Shown: positions 10,111 to 21,124 of the stretch, one piece after another
How positions within the stretch are numbered: the first letter of the stretch is position 1
Layout of the letters: each line of letters begins with the position of its first letter
Source: Chiloscyllium plagiosum
Taxonomy: Eukaryota
Assembly (NCBI RefSeq): GCF_004010195.1
Contig: NW_025214255.1
Span: 7,891-40,878, forward strand
Reading direction: 5' to 3'
DNA length: 32,988 bases
The notes under the pieces: model-generated
What the model saw: the letters and a program-made list of their open reading frames with translations, nothing else
Database searches by the model: none
What the model was told of the DNA's origin: nothing
Made by a program: the position numbers and the translations under genes

Positions 10111-10779
10111 TAAAGTACATGGTCTAACCTGCTCTCTCAACAATAATTTTCTGAACTCTCAATGCTGCCTCCCCACAGCTGAAGGAGATTTACACAATCC
10201 CACTTCCCCTCAGCTGCCTGCTCATGCCCACAGCCCTGTACAATGACGGCCGGAGCTGACTTGCTGTTCACAGCTTGACCCTTCTCCCAGTGGACACCCG
10301 TCCTCACCGTGTGCTTCACTGAGGAGCGCCCTGGCACCATGTGACTTGGATGACCAGCTCTTGGTCCCGTTGTGAAGATCATTTGGCTGTGTGTGCACGT
10401 GGACCGTGCACTATCCCATCGACCTGCCTGATCCCACTGACCAACCTCAAATCCAGGCCCACGTCCCAGCAACAGACCCTGACACATGGCAATAAAAACC
10501 CAGTCGGAGAGAGCTTTGGGATCCAGAAATCTGAAAGTACCTGTTCCTCCCAGACAAGGACCATTTAGCACACGTCAGGTCACAGATTCCTCATGTCCTC
10601 ATGGAACTAAACTAAAATTCACAATTTACAGCATGAGTTGTTTCTTGTAGGAACACCTGAAACTGGATCCAGCATGAGGAGAGAAAGAGGGAGGGTTTAT
10701 ACACTGAGAGATATATCAGGGGAAAAAACTGAGTGAAAGTGGGATTGGAAAGATAACACAACCTGCTTCAGCTTCTTAC

Positions 10780-10849
10780 CAGGAACTCCGAAGATTGTGA
10801 GGAAATGGTAGTAAGTGAAAGCTATCTGTTCAATTGTTGATAATTCCAT
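10780..10849 (-). pseudogene. GPR139-like GPCR pseudogene, coding exon 1
   Basis: ATG at 10849 gives MELSTIEQIAFTYYHFLTIFGVP plus 1 nt, then donor GTAAG (10779-10775). The phase-1 join G|CC gives GVP-A-NLLTIV, matching the YY...GLP-ANILT pattern of GPR139. An alternative in-frame ATG lies at 10903. Confidence 0.85.
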
Positions 10850-10910
10850 TTTCAGAGAGAGGGCGATATCAATTGGTGTTGACAGATCTGAATCATCAGA
10901 CATTCATCCG

Positions 10911-10917
10911 TTATATA
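10911..10917 (-). promoter_or_regulatory. Candidate TATA box of the GPCR gene
   Basis: TATATAA on the minus strand, ~60 nt upstream of ATG 10849. Motif and position only. Confidence 0.45.
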
Positions 10918-11171
10918 AAGGAACTAAATCTCCCCTGTGATTTTGTGCGGTTGCAGAGAGAGTGAAATTAGTTTGTGGTCTTTGAACAAACAGGTACAGT
11001 TAATTTTAATAGATATTTCACAATACAATCTTCACCTACACCGGACGATTGAAGGAGAACAATTGGGCCAGGTCCATCTCACGGCTCCTTGCTCACTCTC
11101 TTAGTGCTCTCTACATGGATGCTCACACCATCCCTGCCTTGACTTGCCTTTCTCACTTTGCCCCCTCACCC

Positions 11172-12102
11172 ACAGTTAGAGTATCATAGAGCTGTACAGC
11201 ATGGAAACAGATCTTTATGCCCAACCCGTCCATACTGATCTGATATCCTAAATTAATCTGGTACCAATTGTAAGCACTTGGCCCATATCCCTCTCGACCC
11301 TTTCTGTTCATATACCCATCCAGATACCTTTTGAATGATGTTATTGTACCAGTCTGCACTACCTCCTCTGGCAGCTCATTCCACACAGGTACCACCTTCT
11401 GCATGAAAAAAAATGTTCCTTAATTCTTTTTAAACTCTTTCCCCTCTCATCTTAAACCTATGCCTTCTAGTTTTGCACTCCCCTACCCTGGGGAAAAGAC
11501 CTTCCCTTTTTACCCGATCCATGCCCCTCATGGGTTTATGAACCTTTATGAGCTCACCCTTCAGCTTCTGATGCTCCAGGGAAAATAGTCCCCTTATAAA
11601 CCTCTGTAAGTTCATCCTTCAGCCTCCGATGCTCCAGGGATCCTATTCAGCTTCTGCCTGTCACTCAAGCCTTCCAACTTTGGCAACATTTTTGAAATTA
11701 TTTTCTGAACTCTTCCAAGTTTCACAACATCCTTCCTATAGCAGAGAGATCAGTATTAAACACTGTATCCCAAAGGTGGCCTAACCAAACTCCTGTACAA
11801 CCCCAACTGGCCTCCCAACTCCCATACTCAATGCATTGACCAATAGAGGCAAATGTGCGAAAATGCCTTCTCCACTATCCTATCTGCATGCGACTCCATT
11901 TTCAAGGAATTATGAACCTGAACTCCAAGGTCTCTTTGCTGAGCAATACTACCCAGGACCTTATCATTAAGTATATAAGCCCTGCCCTGATTTGCCTTTC
12001 TGAAATGCCATACCTCACATTTATCTAAATTACACTCTATCTGCACTTTTCGGCCATCTACCCACCTGATCAAGATCCCATTGAACTCTAAGATAACCTT
12101 CT
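11172..12102 (-). mobile_element. CR1 LINE, 3' part (continues at 13915)
   Basis: ORFs contain LDKCEVWHF, QRDLGVQVH, GLFSLEHQKLKGELI and VWNELPEEVV. The 3' tail is at ~11175. The piece stops at EGYLRVQWDLDQ. Confidence 0.9.
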
Positions 12103-13917
12103 TGGGCCCCTTGCTGAGATATCTTTATCATTGATAGTCACAGATGAGGTGCCAGAAGACTGGAGGTTGGCTAACGTGGTGCCACTATTTTAAAAAGGTG
12201 CTAAGGTCAAGCCAGAGAAATATAGGCCAGTGAGCCTGACGTTGATGGTGGGCAAGTTGTTGGAGGGACAGGATGTACATGTATTTGGAAAGGCAAGGAC
12301 TGATTAGGGATAGTCAATATGGTGTTGTGCGTGGAAAATCCTGTCTCACAAACTTGATTGAGTTTTGTGAAGAATTAACAAAGAGGATTGATGAGAGCAG
12401 AGCGGTTGATGTGATCCATATGGACTTCAGTAAGGTGTTTGACAAGGTTCCCCATGGAAGACTGGTTAGCAAGGTTAGATCTCATGGAATACAGGGAGAA
12501 CTAGCCATTTGGATATAGAACTGGCTCAAAGGTAGAAGACAGAGGGTGGTGGTGGAGGGTTGTTTTTCAGACTGGAGGCCTGTGACCAGTGGAGTGCCAC
12601 AAGGATCGGTGCTGGGTCCTCTACTTTTCATCATTCATATAAATGATTTGGATGTGATTATTAGAGGCATAGTTAGTAAGTTTGCAGGTGACATCAAAAT
12701 TGGAGGTATAGTGAACAGGGAAGAAGATTACCTCAGATTACAATGGGATCTTGATCAGATGGGCCAATGGGCTGAGAAGTGGTAGATGGAGTTTATTTTA
12801 GATAAATGTGAGGCGCTGCATTTTGGGAAAGCAAATCTTAGCTGGACTTACAACTTAACAGTAAGTTCCTAGGGATGTTGCTGAACAAAGAGACCTTGGA
12901 ATGCAGGTTTATAGCTCCTTGAAAGTGGAGTCACAGGTAGATAGGATAGTGAAGAAGGTGTTTAGTATGCTTTCCTTTATTGGTCAGAGTATTGAGTACA
13001 GGAGTTGGGAGGTCATGTTGCGGCTATACAGGACATTGGTTAGGCCACTGTTGGAATATTGAGTACAATTCTGGTCTCCTTCCTATCGGAAGGCTGTTGT
13101 GAAACTTGAAAGGGTTCAGAAAAGATTTACAAGGATGTTGCCAGGGTTGGAGGATTTGAGCTGTAGGGAGAGGCTGAATAGGCTAGGGCTGTTTTCCCTG
13201 CAGCATCGGAAGCTGAGGGGTGACCTTATCGAGGTTTATAAAACCATGAGGGACATCGATGGGATAAATAGACAAGGTCTTTTCCCTGGGGTGGGGGGCG
13301 GCACGATGGCACAGTGGTTAGCACTGCTGCCTCACAGCACCAGAGACCCGAGTTCAATTCCTGCCTCGGACAACTGTCTGTGTGGAGTTTTCACATTCTC
13401 CCTATGTCTGCTTGGGTTTCATCTGGGTGCTCCGGTTTCCTCCCACAGTCCAAAGATGTGCAGGTTAGGTGAATTGGCCATGCTAAAATGCCCGTAGTGT
13501 TAGGTAAAGGGGTAAATGTAGGGGAATGGGTCTGGGTGGGTTGCGCTTCGGCGGGTCGGTGTAGACTTGGTGGGCCGAAGGGCCTGTTTCCACACTGTAA
13601 GTAATCTAAGTAATCTAATCTAAATAACCTGAGGGCATAGGTTTAGGGTGAGATGGGAAAGGTATAAAGGAGACCTAAGGGGCAACATTTTCACACAGAG
13701 GGTGGTATGTGTATGGAATGAGCTGCCAGTGGAAGTGGTGGAGGCTAATACAATTGTAACATTTAAAAGGCATCTGGATGGGTATATGAATAGGAAGGGT
13801 TTGGAGGGATATGAGCCGGGTGCTGGCAGGTGGGACTAGATTAGGTTGGGATAGCTAATCGGCATGGACGACTTGAATCGGAGGGTCTGTTTCTGTGTTG
13901 TACATCTCTGTGACTAT
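12103..13917 (+). mobile_element. CR1 LINE, 5'-truncated younger copy (RT to 3' end) nested in an opposite-strand CR1
   Basis: [56 protein letters not shown] and the tail GGGTCTGTTTCTGTGTTGTACATCTCTGTGACT. Confidence 0.95.
13296..13625 (+). mobile_element. HE1-type tRNA SINE inserted in CR1
   Basis: GGGCGGCACGATGGCACAGTGGTTAGC (A box), GAGTTCAATTCC (B box, ~13350-13361), CR1-like tail and terminal TAATC repeats. CR1 sequence resumes at ~13626. Confidence 0.92.
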
Positions 13918-14970
13918 TACAGCACCAATTTGATGTCACCTGGAAACTTACTAACCATACCTTGCTTACTAACTATGTTCACATCCAAATCATCTGTATA
14001 AACAACCAAAGGCACTGGACCAACACAGCACCAAATTTACGGCACACCGCTGGCCACAGGCCTCTAGTCTGAAAAGCAGCCCTCAACCATCACACTCTGT
14101 CTCCTACCATTAAGCCAGATGAGGAGATACTGAACGAGCATTTTGCATCAGTTCTCCCTGTATTCCATGTGATCTAACCTTGTTAACCAGTCTCCCATCA
14201 GAAACCTTGTCGAATGCCTTATTGAAATCCATACAGATCACATACACCGCTCTGCCCTCATCAATCCTCTTTGTTACTTCTTCAAAAATGCAATCTAGTG
14301 AGTGACACATGATTTCCTACACACTAAGCCATGTTGACTATCCCTAATCAGTCCTTACCTTTCCGAATACTTTCAAATCCTGTCCCACAAAATTCCTTCG
14401 AACAGCTCACCCACCGCGATGTCAGGCCACTTGGTCTTTCGCTCCCTGGCTCCGCCTTTCCTAATTAGTGGCAACACATTAGCCAATCCCCAGTCTACTG
14501 GCACCTCACCTGTGACTATCGAGTATACAAATATATCAGCAAGGGGCCCAGCAATCACTTCCCGAGCTGCCCACAAAGTTATCGGGTACATCTGATCAGG
14601 TCCCAGGGATTTATCCACCTGTATGCATTTTATTCAACACCTTCTCCTCTGTAATATGGACACTTTTAAAAATATCGCTGTTTATTTCCTTAAGTCCTCG
14701 AGCTTCCAAATCCTTCTCCACAGTAAACACTGATGCAAAATACTCATTTAGTATCGCCCCATCTCCTGTCACTCTCCACATAGGGAGCCTTGCTTATTTT
14801 TAAGGGGCCCTATTCTCTCCCTTGTTACGTTTTTGTCCATAATGTATTTGTAGAATCCCTATCAAAGCTATCGCATGTCCCTTCTTTGCCCTCCTGATTT
14901 CCCTCTTAAATGCACTTCCACTGCCCATATCCTTCTAAGGATTCACTCGATCCCTGCTGCCTATACCTGA

Positions 14971-15049
14971 TTTGAAGAGTGTGGCGCTGGAAAAGCACAG
15001 CCGGTCAGGCAGCATCCACGGAGCAGGAGAGTCAACATTTCAGGCAGAT
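14971..15049 (-). mobile_element. 79-bp PLE-tail insertion with a 10-bp target-site duplication
   Basis: CTATACCTGA at 14961-14970 and 15050-15059. The insert is the reverse complement of the 3' half of the hammerhead (GAAATGTTGA) plus GATGCTGCCTGACC..TTTTCCAGC. Confidence 0.8.
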
Positions 15050-15092
15050 CTATACCTGACATCTGCTTCCTTCTATTTTTTGACCAAAACCT

Positions 15093-16335
15093 CAATTTCT
15101 CCCGTCGTCCAGCATTCCCTACAGCTACCAGCCTTACCCTTCACCTGAACAGGAGCATGTTGTCTCTGGACAGTCATTATCTCATTGTTGAAGGCTTCCC
15201 ATTTTCCAGTCATCCCTTTACCTATGAATATCTGTGCCCAATCAACTTTTCAAAGTTTTTTTGCCTCATACCATCAAAATTGGCCTTCCTCCAAATTAGA
15301 ATTTTAACTTTTCGATCCAGTCTATCCTTTTCCATCACTGATTTAAAACTCATAGAATTATGATCACTTGCCCTAAAGCACTCGCCTCACTGACACCTCA
15401 GTCACATGCTCTGCCTTATTTCCAAGAATAGATCAGGTTTTGTTCCTTCTCCAGTAGGTGCATCCACATCCTGAATCAGAAAATAATTCTTGTATTCACT
15501 TCACAAATTCCTCTCAATCCAAACCCTGAACACTATGGCAGTCCCAGTCTATGTTTGGAAAGTTAAAATCCCCAACGATTACCACCCTATTATTCCTACA
15601 GATAACTGAGATCCCCTTACACATTTACTTTTCAATTTCCCCCTGACTACTGGAGGGGAAGGTCTGTTGTACAATCCAAATAAGATGGTCATCCTTTTCT
15701 GATTCCTCAGTTCCAATTTCTCCAGTCGTCCAGCATTCCCTACAGCTACCAGCCTTACCCTTCACCTGAACAGGAGCATGTTGTCTCTGGACAGTTATTA
15801 TCTCATTGTTGAAGGCTTCCCATTTTCCAGTCATCCCTTTACCTATGAATATCTGTGCCCAATCAACTTTTCAAAGTTTTTTGCCTCATACCATCAAAAT
15901 TGGCCTTCCTCCAAATTAGAATTTTAACTTTTCGATCCAGTCTATCCTTTTCCATCACTGATTTAAAACTCATAGAATTATGATCACTTGCCCTAAAGCA
16001 CTCGCCTCACTGACACCTCAGTCACATGCTCTGCCTTCTTTCCAAGAATAGATCAGGTTTTGATCCTTCTCCAGTAGGTGCATCCACATCCTGAATCAGA
16101 AAATAATTCTTGTATTCACTTCACAAATTCCTCTCAATCCAAACCCTGAACACTATGGCAGTCCCAGTCTATGTTTGGAAAGTTAAAATCCCCAACGATT
16201 ACCACCCTATTATTCCTACAGATAACTGAGATCCCCTTACACATTTACTTTTCAATTTCCCCCTGACTACTGGAGGGGAAGGTCTGTTGTACAATCCAAA
16301 TAAGATGGTCATCCTTTTCTGATTCCTCAGTTCCA
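15093..16335. repeat. Near-identical tandem duplication (~620-bp unit) inside CR1
   Basis: 15093-15713 versus 15714-16335 differ at about 5 positions by manual comparison. CA microhomology at the junction. Confidence 0.95.
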
Positions 16336-17649
16336 TCCCAATAACGTCACTGTACATATTCCTCAGAATATCTTCCCTAATTAAAGCTATAATGTTATTC
16401 CTAGTCAAAAATGCCACTTGCCCTCCTCTCTTTCCCCCTTTTCCATTCTTCCTATAACATCTGGAACATTAAGCTGTCACTCCAGACAATCCCTGAGCCA
16501 TGTCTCAGCAATAGCTATGATATCCCAGTCCCATGTTCTCAACGATATGCTGAGTTTATCTGCCTTCCCTGTCAGGCCTCTCGCATTGAAATGAATTTAG
16601 TTTATTTTACCGGCCCTACATCGTTCTCTGCTTTGTTCCTGCCAGTCCTGACTGTCTGACTTGCTCCTTTCCCAACTGCATCGATCTCAGGCTGATCCCT
16701 TTTCTCACCATCTCTCTGAATAGTTTAAATCCCCCAGTGCAGTTCTAGCAAATCTCCCTGCCAGTATATCGGACCCCTCCAATTCAGGTGCAACTTGTCC
16801 TTCTTATGCAAGTCACTTCTACCCCAGAAGAGATTTCAAAGATCCATAAATGTGAATCCTTCTCCCCTGCAACAGTTCCTTCGACACACATTCATTTGCT
16901 CCATCCTCCTATTCCTCCTCTCATTAGCACATAGCACTTTATGTAATCCAGATATTACTACCTACTGTTTGTCCTTCTGCCTAATATCCGATATTCTCTC
17001 CTCAGAACCTCATCCTTTTCACTTCCTATGCTATTGGTTCCAATGTGCACAACAACCTCCTGCTGGTCCCTCTCCCCTTTGAGAATCTTTTGAACCCACA
17101 TTGAGACTTCCTTGATGCAGGAAACAGGGAGGAAACGCACCATTCTGATGTCTTGTTATCGACCACAGAAACCTCTGTCTGTGCCTCTGACTTAAAAAGT
17201 CGCTTAAAGGTTCATAATATTTCTGTTGTGTCTTCCCTTTGGTGCAGACACAAAGCCAGACAGCTTGTCGCGTTGTCCGGCCGCCATCAGTCAAGGGAGC
17301 AGACATGTTGCTGTGCAGAACCACACTACATCGATCTTACACCCGCACCATGTGACAACAGTGCCCAGTTTGTATGAACGGTGTCATCCACAGTGGAATA
17401 AAATCCATGGAATGATATCGGTATCTTTGACAGTCGCACATCATAACCCATGATCATCCCTTTTTTAGCCACTTCCTTGACAAGTCGCCCGGATCTAGAT
17501 TTCTTCTCTCTTTAGAGAGCAAATCAGCTCTATCTACTTTGTTAGACATCGCTCTTTCTCTCTCGAAACATGCATGAACTGAGTCTTTGATTCACGACAA
17601 CAAACCATATTTTTGGCAGATTCCAGGTTTGGCCTTCATCTACTTTAGC

Positions 17650-19460
17650 GTCATGCAGTCCTACAGCACAGAGATAGGCCCTTTGGCCCAAACCAGCCCA
17701 TGCTGACCAAAATGGCCATCCACACTGAGCCCATTTCCCTGCACTTGGCCCAGATCCTTCTCACTCAAGATTGGAGTGGTTTTGGGTAGGGGAGAAGAAT
17801 TCCTGATGAAAGGTTTTTGCTCGAAATGTCGATTCTCCTGCTCCTCGAATGCTGCCTGACCTGCTGTGCTTTTCCAGCACCACTCTAATCTTGACTCTAA
17901 TCTCCAGCATCTGCAGTATCCACTTCTGCCCAGATCCATCTCATCCTTTTTGATTCATATATTTATCCAAATGCCTTTTAAATCTCAATGTACCCTCCTC
18001 AACTATTTCCACTGGCAGCTTATTCCATATACATCCCACCCTGTGTAAAAACATTGCCCATCAGGTTCCCTTTTATTCTTTCCCTTCTAACATTAAAGTG
18101 ATGCCTTCAAGTCCTCGATGCTCCAACCTTGGGGAAATGATGGAGTGCATTCACCCTACACATGCCTCTCATGATCTTATACATCTCTGTAAGGACCACC
18201 TCAGACTCCTACTCTTTGAAGAAAGAAGTCCTAGCTTGTCCAATCTCTCCCAATTACTCAGACCATTGAGTCCTGGCAACATCCTTGGAAATTTCTTCTG
18301 CACTCTTTCCAGTTTAATAACATCCTGGAAAAAGGTGACCAAAAGTGAGCACAATGCTCCAAGTGCAGTCTCACCAACATCCTGTACAACTGCAACATAA
18401 CTTTTCAACTTCTGCGCTCAATGCCCTGACTGATGAAGGTCATTGTGCCAAAAGCCTTCTTCACTGCCCTGTCTACCTGGGACTCCACTTTCAGAGAACT
18501 GTGCACCTGAACGTCAAGGTCCCTCTGTTCCACTACACACCTTAAGGCCCTATCATTCACCATGAAACTCCTACCTTGATTTGAATTTCCTAAATGCAAC
18601 ACCTCACATTTATCTGTGTTAAACTCCATTTTCCATTTCTTGGCCCACTTCCCCAGTTCATCAAGATCCTGATTTAATTTCTGAGAACCTTCCTCACTGC
18701 CCACGATACCGCCTATTTTAGTGTCATCAGCAAACTTACTAATCATGCCCTGTCCCATTTTTATCCAATCATTGATCTCGATGTCAAACAGCAAAGGGCC
18801 CAGCACCGACCCCTGAGGCACTCCACTAGCCACAGGCCTCCAGTCCGACTAGTATCCGTCCACTATTACCCTCTGCTTCCTGCACCAAGCCAATTGTGGA
18901 TCCAATATGTCAGCTGCCTCTGCATTCCATGTGATCTATCCTCCCAGAGTTGTGTACCATGCAGAGCCTTATCAAAGGCCTTACTGAAATCCATGTAGAC
19001 AATATCAACCTTCCTGGTTACTTCATTAAAGAACTCTAACTAACTTGTGAGGCATGACCTCCTATTCACATCGCTATGCTGACTACTCCGAATCAAACCC
19101 TGTCTTTCCAAATGCAGGTATTTCTTATCTCTCAGAGTCTTCTCAAGTAATTTGCCTCCCACAGATGTTAGGCTCACTGACCTATAGTTCCCAGGCTTTT
19201 CTTTGCAGCCTGTCTTGAATAATAACACAACATTCGCTGCCCTGCAGTCTTCTGGGATCTCATCCATGGCTAGTGATAATGCAAAAATATCAGCCAGGGC
19301 CCCCACAAAATCTTCTCTAGCCTCTTGCAGGATTCTTGATTATATCTGGTCAGGACCAAGAAAGTTATCCACTTCCATGCATTCTAATCCATTCCAACAC
19401 CTCCTCTTCTGTGATATGGACTGTCCCCAAGATATTACCACTAACTTCCTCAAAGTCCCA
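17650..19460 (-). mobile_element. CR1 LINE, 5'-truncated
   Basis: [56 protein letters not shown] and LERVQKKFPRMLPGL. 3' tail near 17650. Confidence 0.93.
17758..17927 (+). mobile_element. 170-bp PLE-tail insertion with a decayed hammerhead and a 10-bp TSD
   Basis: GCCCAGATCC at 17748-17757 and 17928-17937. CTGATGA (17803-17809), weak stem II AGGT tttt GCTC, GAAA-T-GTC (17823-17830). Tail homologous to 205-285. Confidence 0.82.
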
Positions 19461-20234
19461 AGAAACTTACATTTCTGTTTAGAACCAAACATACAAGTTT
19501 CTGTTTAAAGAATAGCCTCATCCTCAACAATTATCTCCATAGCAACCTCAGGACTGTCTTGCTTCTAGAAGCCTCTCAGCTGGGTCAAAGGTTTAAACAT
19601 TCTTTATCAGCACGTACAGGAATCACGGAATAAATTCAAAGCTAACAACCTCTAAGCGACCTTAAACTGAACCAAGTCTCCACATTTTTAGACCTTAATA
19701 CAATCCGCAGTAGAGTCAGCTCTAACAATGCCCATCTTTATAATGATTCAAATGTATAAATATTGTTTTATACACAGCAAACTTTGGTTTAACCGGCACC
19801 ATGTGAACTGGCACTCTCTATAAACCAGTAACAAGTATATCCCCGAAATACTTGAAGGATCATCGCAATCTCTGCAAATTCTGAGCAGTTACTTGAGGAT
19901 GAGAGTGAGAAGGCTCTCTGCCAGTAGGCTTTTTTTTTGAAAAGCCAAAATGTTTTTTTTAATGAGGAGTTGTGTTTTCATTTTGCGGAGTCCTACACAT
20001 GGTCTGGTCTGGAGAAGACTTTTTTTAGAGGTATTTATTGAACAGGAGTCATTTTAATTCAGTTAATCAGCCCAGTGAATAATTTTATTTAGGATTTATA
20101 TGTTTGATTCAGATGTATATTTCATTTTTTTTTCCATTTTGACATTTCTTTTTGGAGGTAATGAAAGGTGGTCTGTTCTATAAATCACGTGTTATTGGAA
20201 GTCCCTTTCTTTAGGCTTCAGGTGACTGCACTAA

Positions 20235-20602
20235 CCCTTCCCCATAAACGCAATAAAGACAGGGTCCCCCTTGTCCTCACCTGCCACCCACCTGTCTCCA
20301 CTTCCAATGCATCATCCATAAACACTTCTGCCAACTCCACCAAGATCCCACCACTAAAAACATCTTCCCCTCCCCACCCCTCTCTGCTTTCCACAAGGAA
20401 CATTCCTTTTGCCAATCCTTGGTTTGTGGCAGTCTCCCCACCAACAAACTCCCACCATGGACCCCGTATCTTCCCCAGCAACGGAAAAGATGCAAAAGCT
20501 GCCGGCACACCACCTCCCTCACATCTATCCAGGGTCCCAAACAGTCCTTCCAAGTGAGAGAGGGGTTCACCTGCCCCTCCTCCAACCTAGTTTATCCATC
20601 TG
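20235..20602 (+). mobile_element. Penelope-like element ORF remnant (RT C-terminus/linker to the GIY-YIG start)
   Basis: NKDRVPLVLTCHP../IFPSPPLSAF../RKRCKSCRHTTSLTSIQGPKQSFQVREGFTCPSSNLVY, the Cys-rich linker that precedes the GIY-YIG domain. Confidence 0.8.
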
Positions 20603-20604
20603 AT

Positions 20605-20840
20605 GGGGTCTTCCACTGTGGTCATTGCCACTGTGCTGCGGTGAGGGGTTATTGCCACTGTGTTGGGGTCAGGGTCAGGAGTCAGTGCCCCTGTGCTGGG
20701 GTTGGGGTCAGGGGTCAATGCAGCTGTGCTGGGGGTGGGGTCAGGTGTCAGTGCTGCTGTTCTAGGGTCGGGGTCAGGGGTCAGTGCCGCTGTGCTGTGG
20801 TCAGGGTCAATGTTCAGTGCTGCCGTGCTGGGGTCAGGGG
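20605..20840. repeat. G-rich minisatellite, 33-bp unit
   Basis: Units approximate GTCAGTGCCGCTGTGCTGGGGTCGGGGTCAGGG and start at 20681, 20714, 20747, 20780 and 20813, with shorter decayed units upstream. Confidence 0.9.
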
Positions 20841-20847
20841 TAAGGAA

Positions 20848-21122
20848 AAAAACTGTTAAGAAGGCATACAGTCCATTAGGTTCCATTGGTAGAGGGATTC
20901 AGTTCCGGAGCCACAATACCATGCTGCAACTAAACAAAACGCTAATGCGGCCACACTTGGAATATTGTGTACAGTTCTGGTCACCATATTTCAGGAAGGA
21001 TGTGAAAACATTGGAAAAGGTGCAGAGGAGATTTATCAGGATGTTGTCTGGTCTGAATGGAAGGTCTTATGAGGAAAGACTGAGAGACTTGGGTCTGTTC
21101 TCATTGGAAAGAAGAAGGTTAA
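20848..21122 (+). mobile_element. CR1 ORF2 internal fragment
   Basis: [48 protein letters not shown]. Confidence 0.9.
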
Positions 21123-21124
21123 AC

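Larger units (their letters stand above)
13915..17205 (-). mobile_element. CR1 LINE, 5' part: ORF1 esterase remnant, APE endonuclease and RT start
   Basis: VRGTDRGFCGR..MVRFLP..VVVHIGTNSIG (SGNH-type ORF1, ~17000-17200), DKSLGPDQMYP..ANVLPL and MDFNKAFDKVSDGRL. It ends at KFPGDIKL, directly upstream in the consensus of where 11172-12102 stops. Confidence 0.9.

Noticed and set aside
13296..13370. tRNA gene (also at 925-995)
   Set aside because: The A and B boxes belong to SINE heads that continue into SINE body and tail.
19470..20230. AT-rich unassigned stretch; CAGCAAACTTTGGTTTAACCGGCAC near 19775 resembles a Tigger-like end
   Set aside because: No matching opposite TIR or TSD found.
20605..20840. 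CRISPR-like array
   Set aside because: Contiguous tandem units with no unique spacers, no cas genes, and a vertebrate context.
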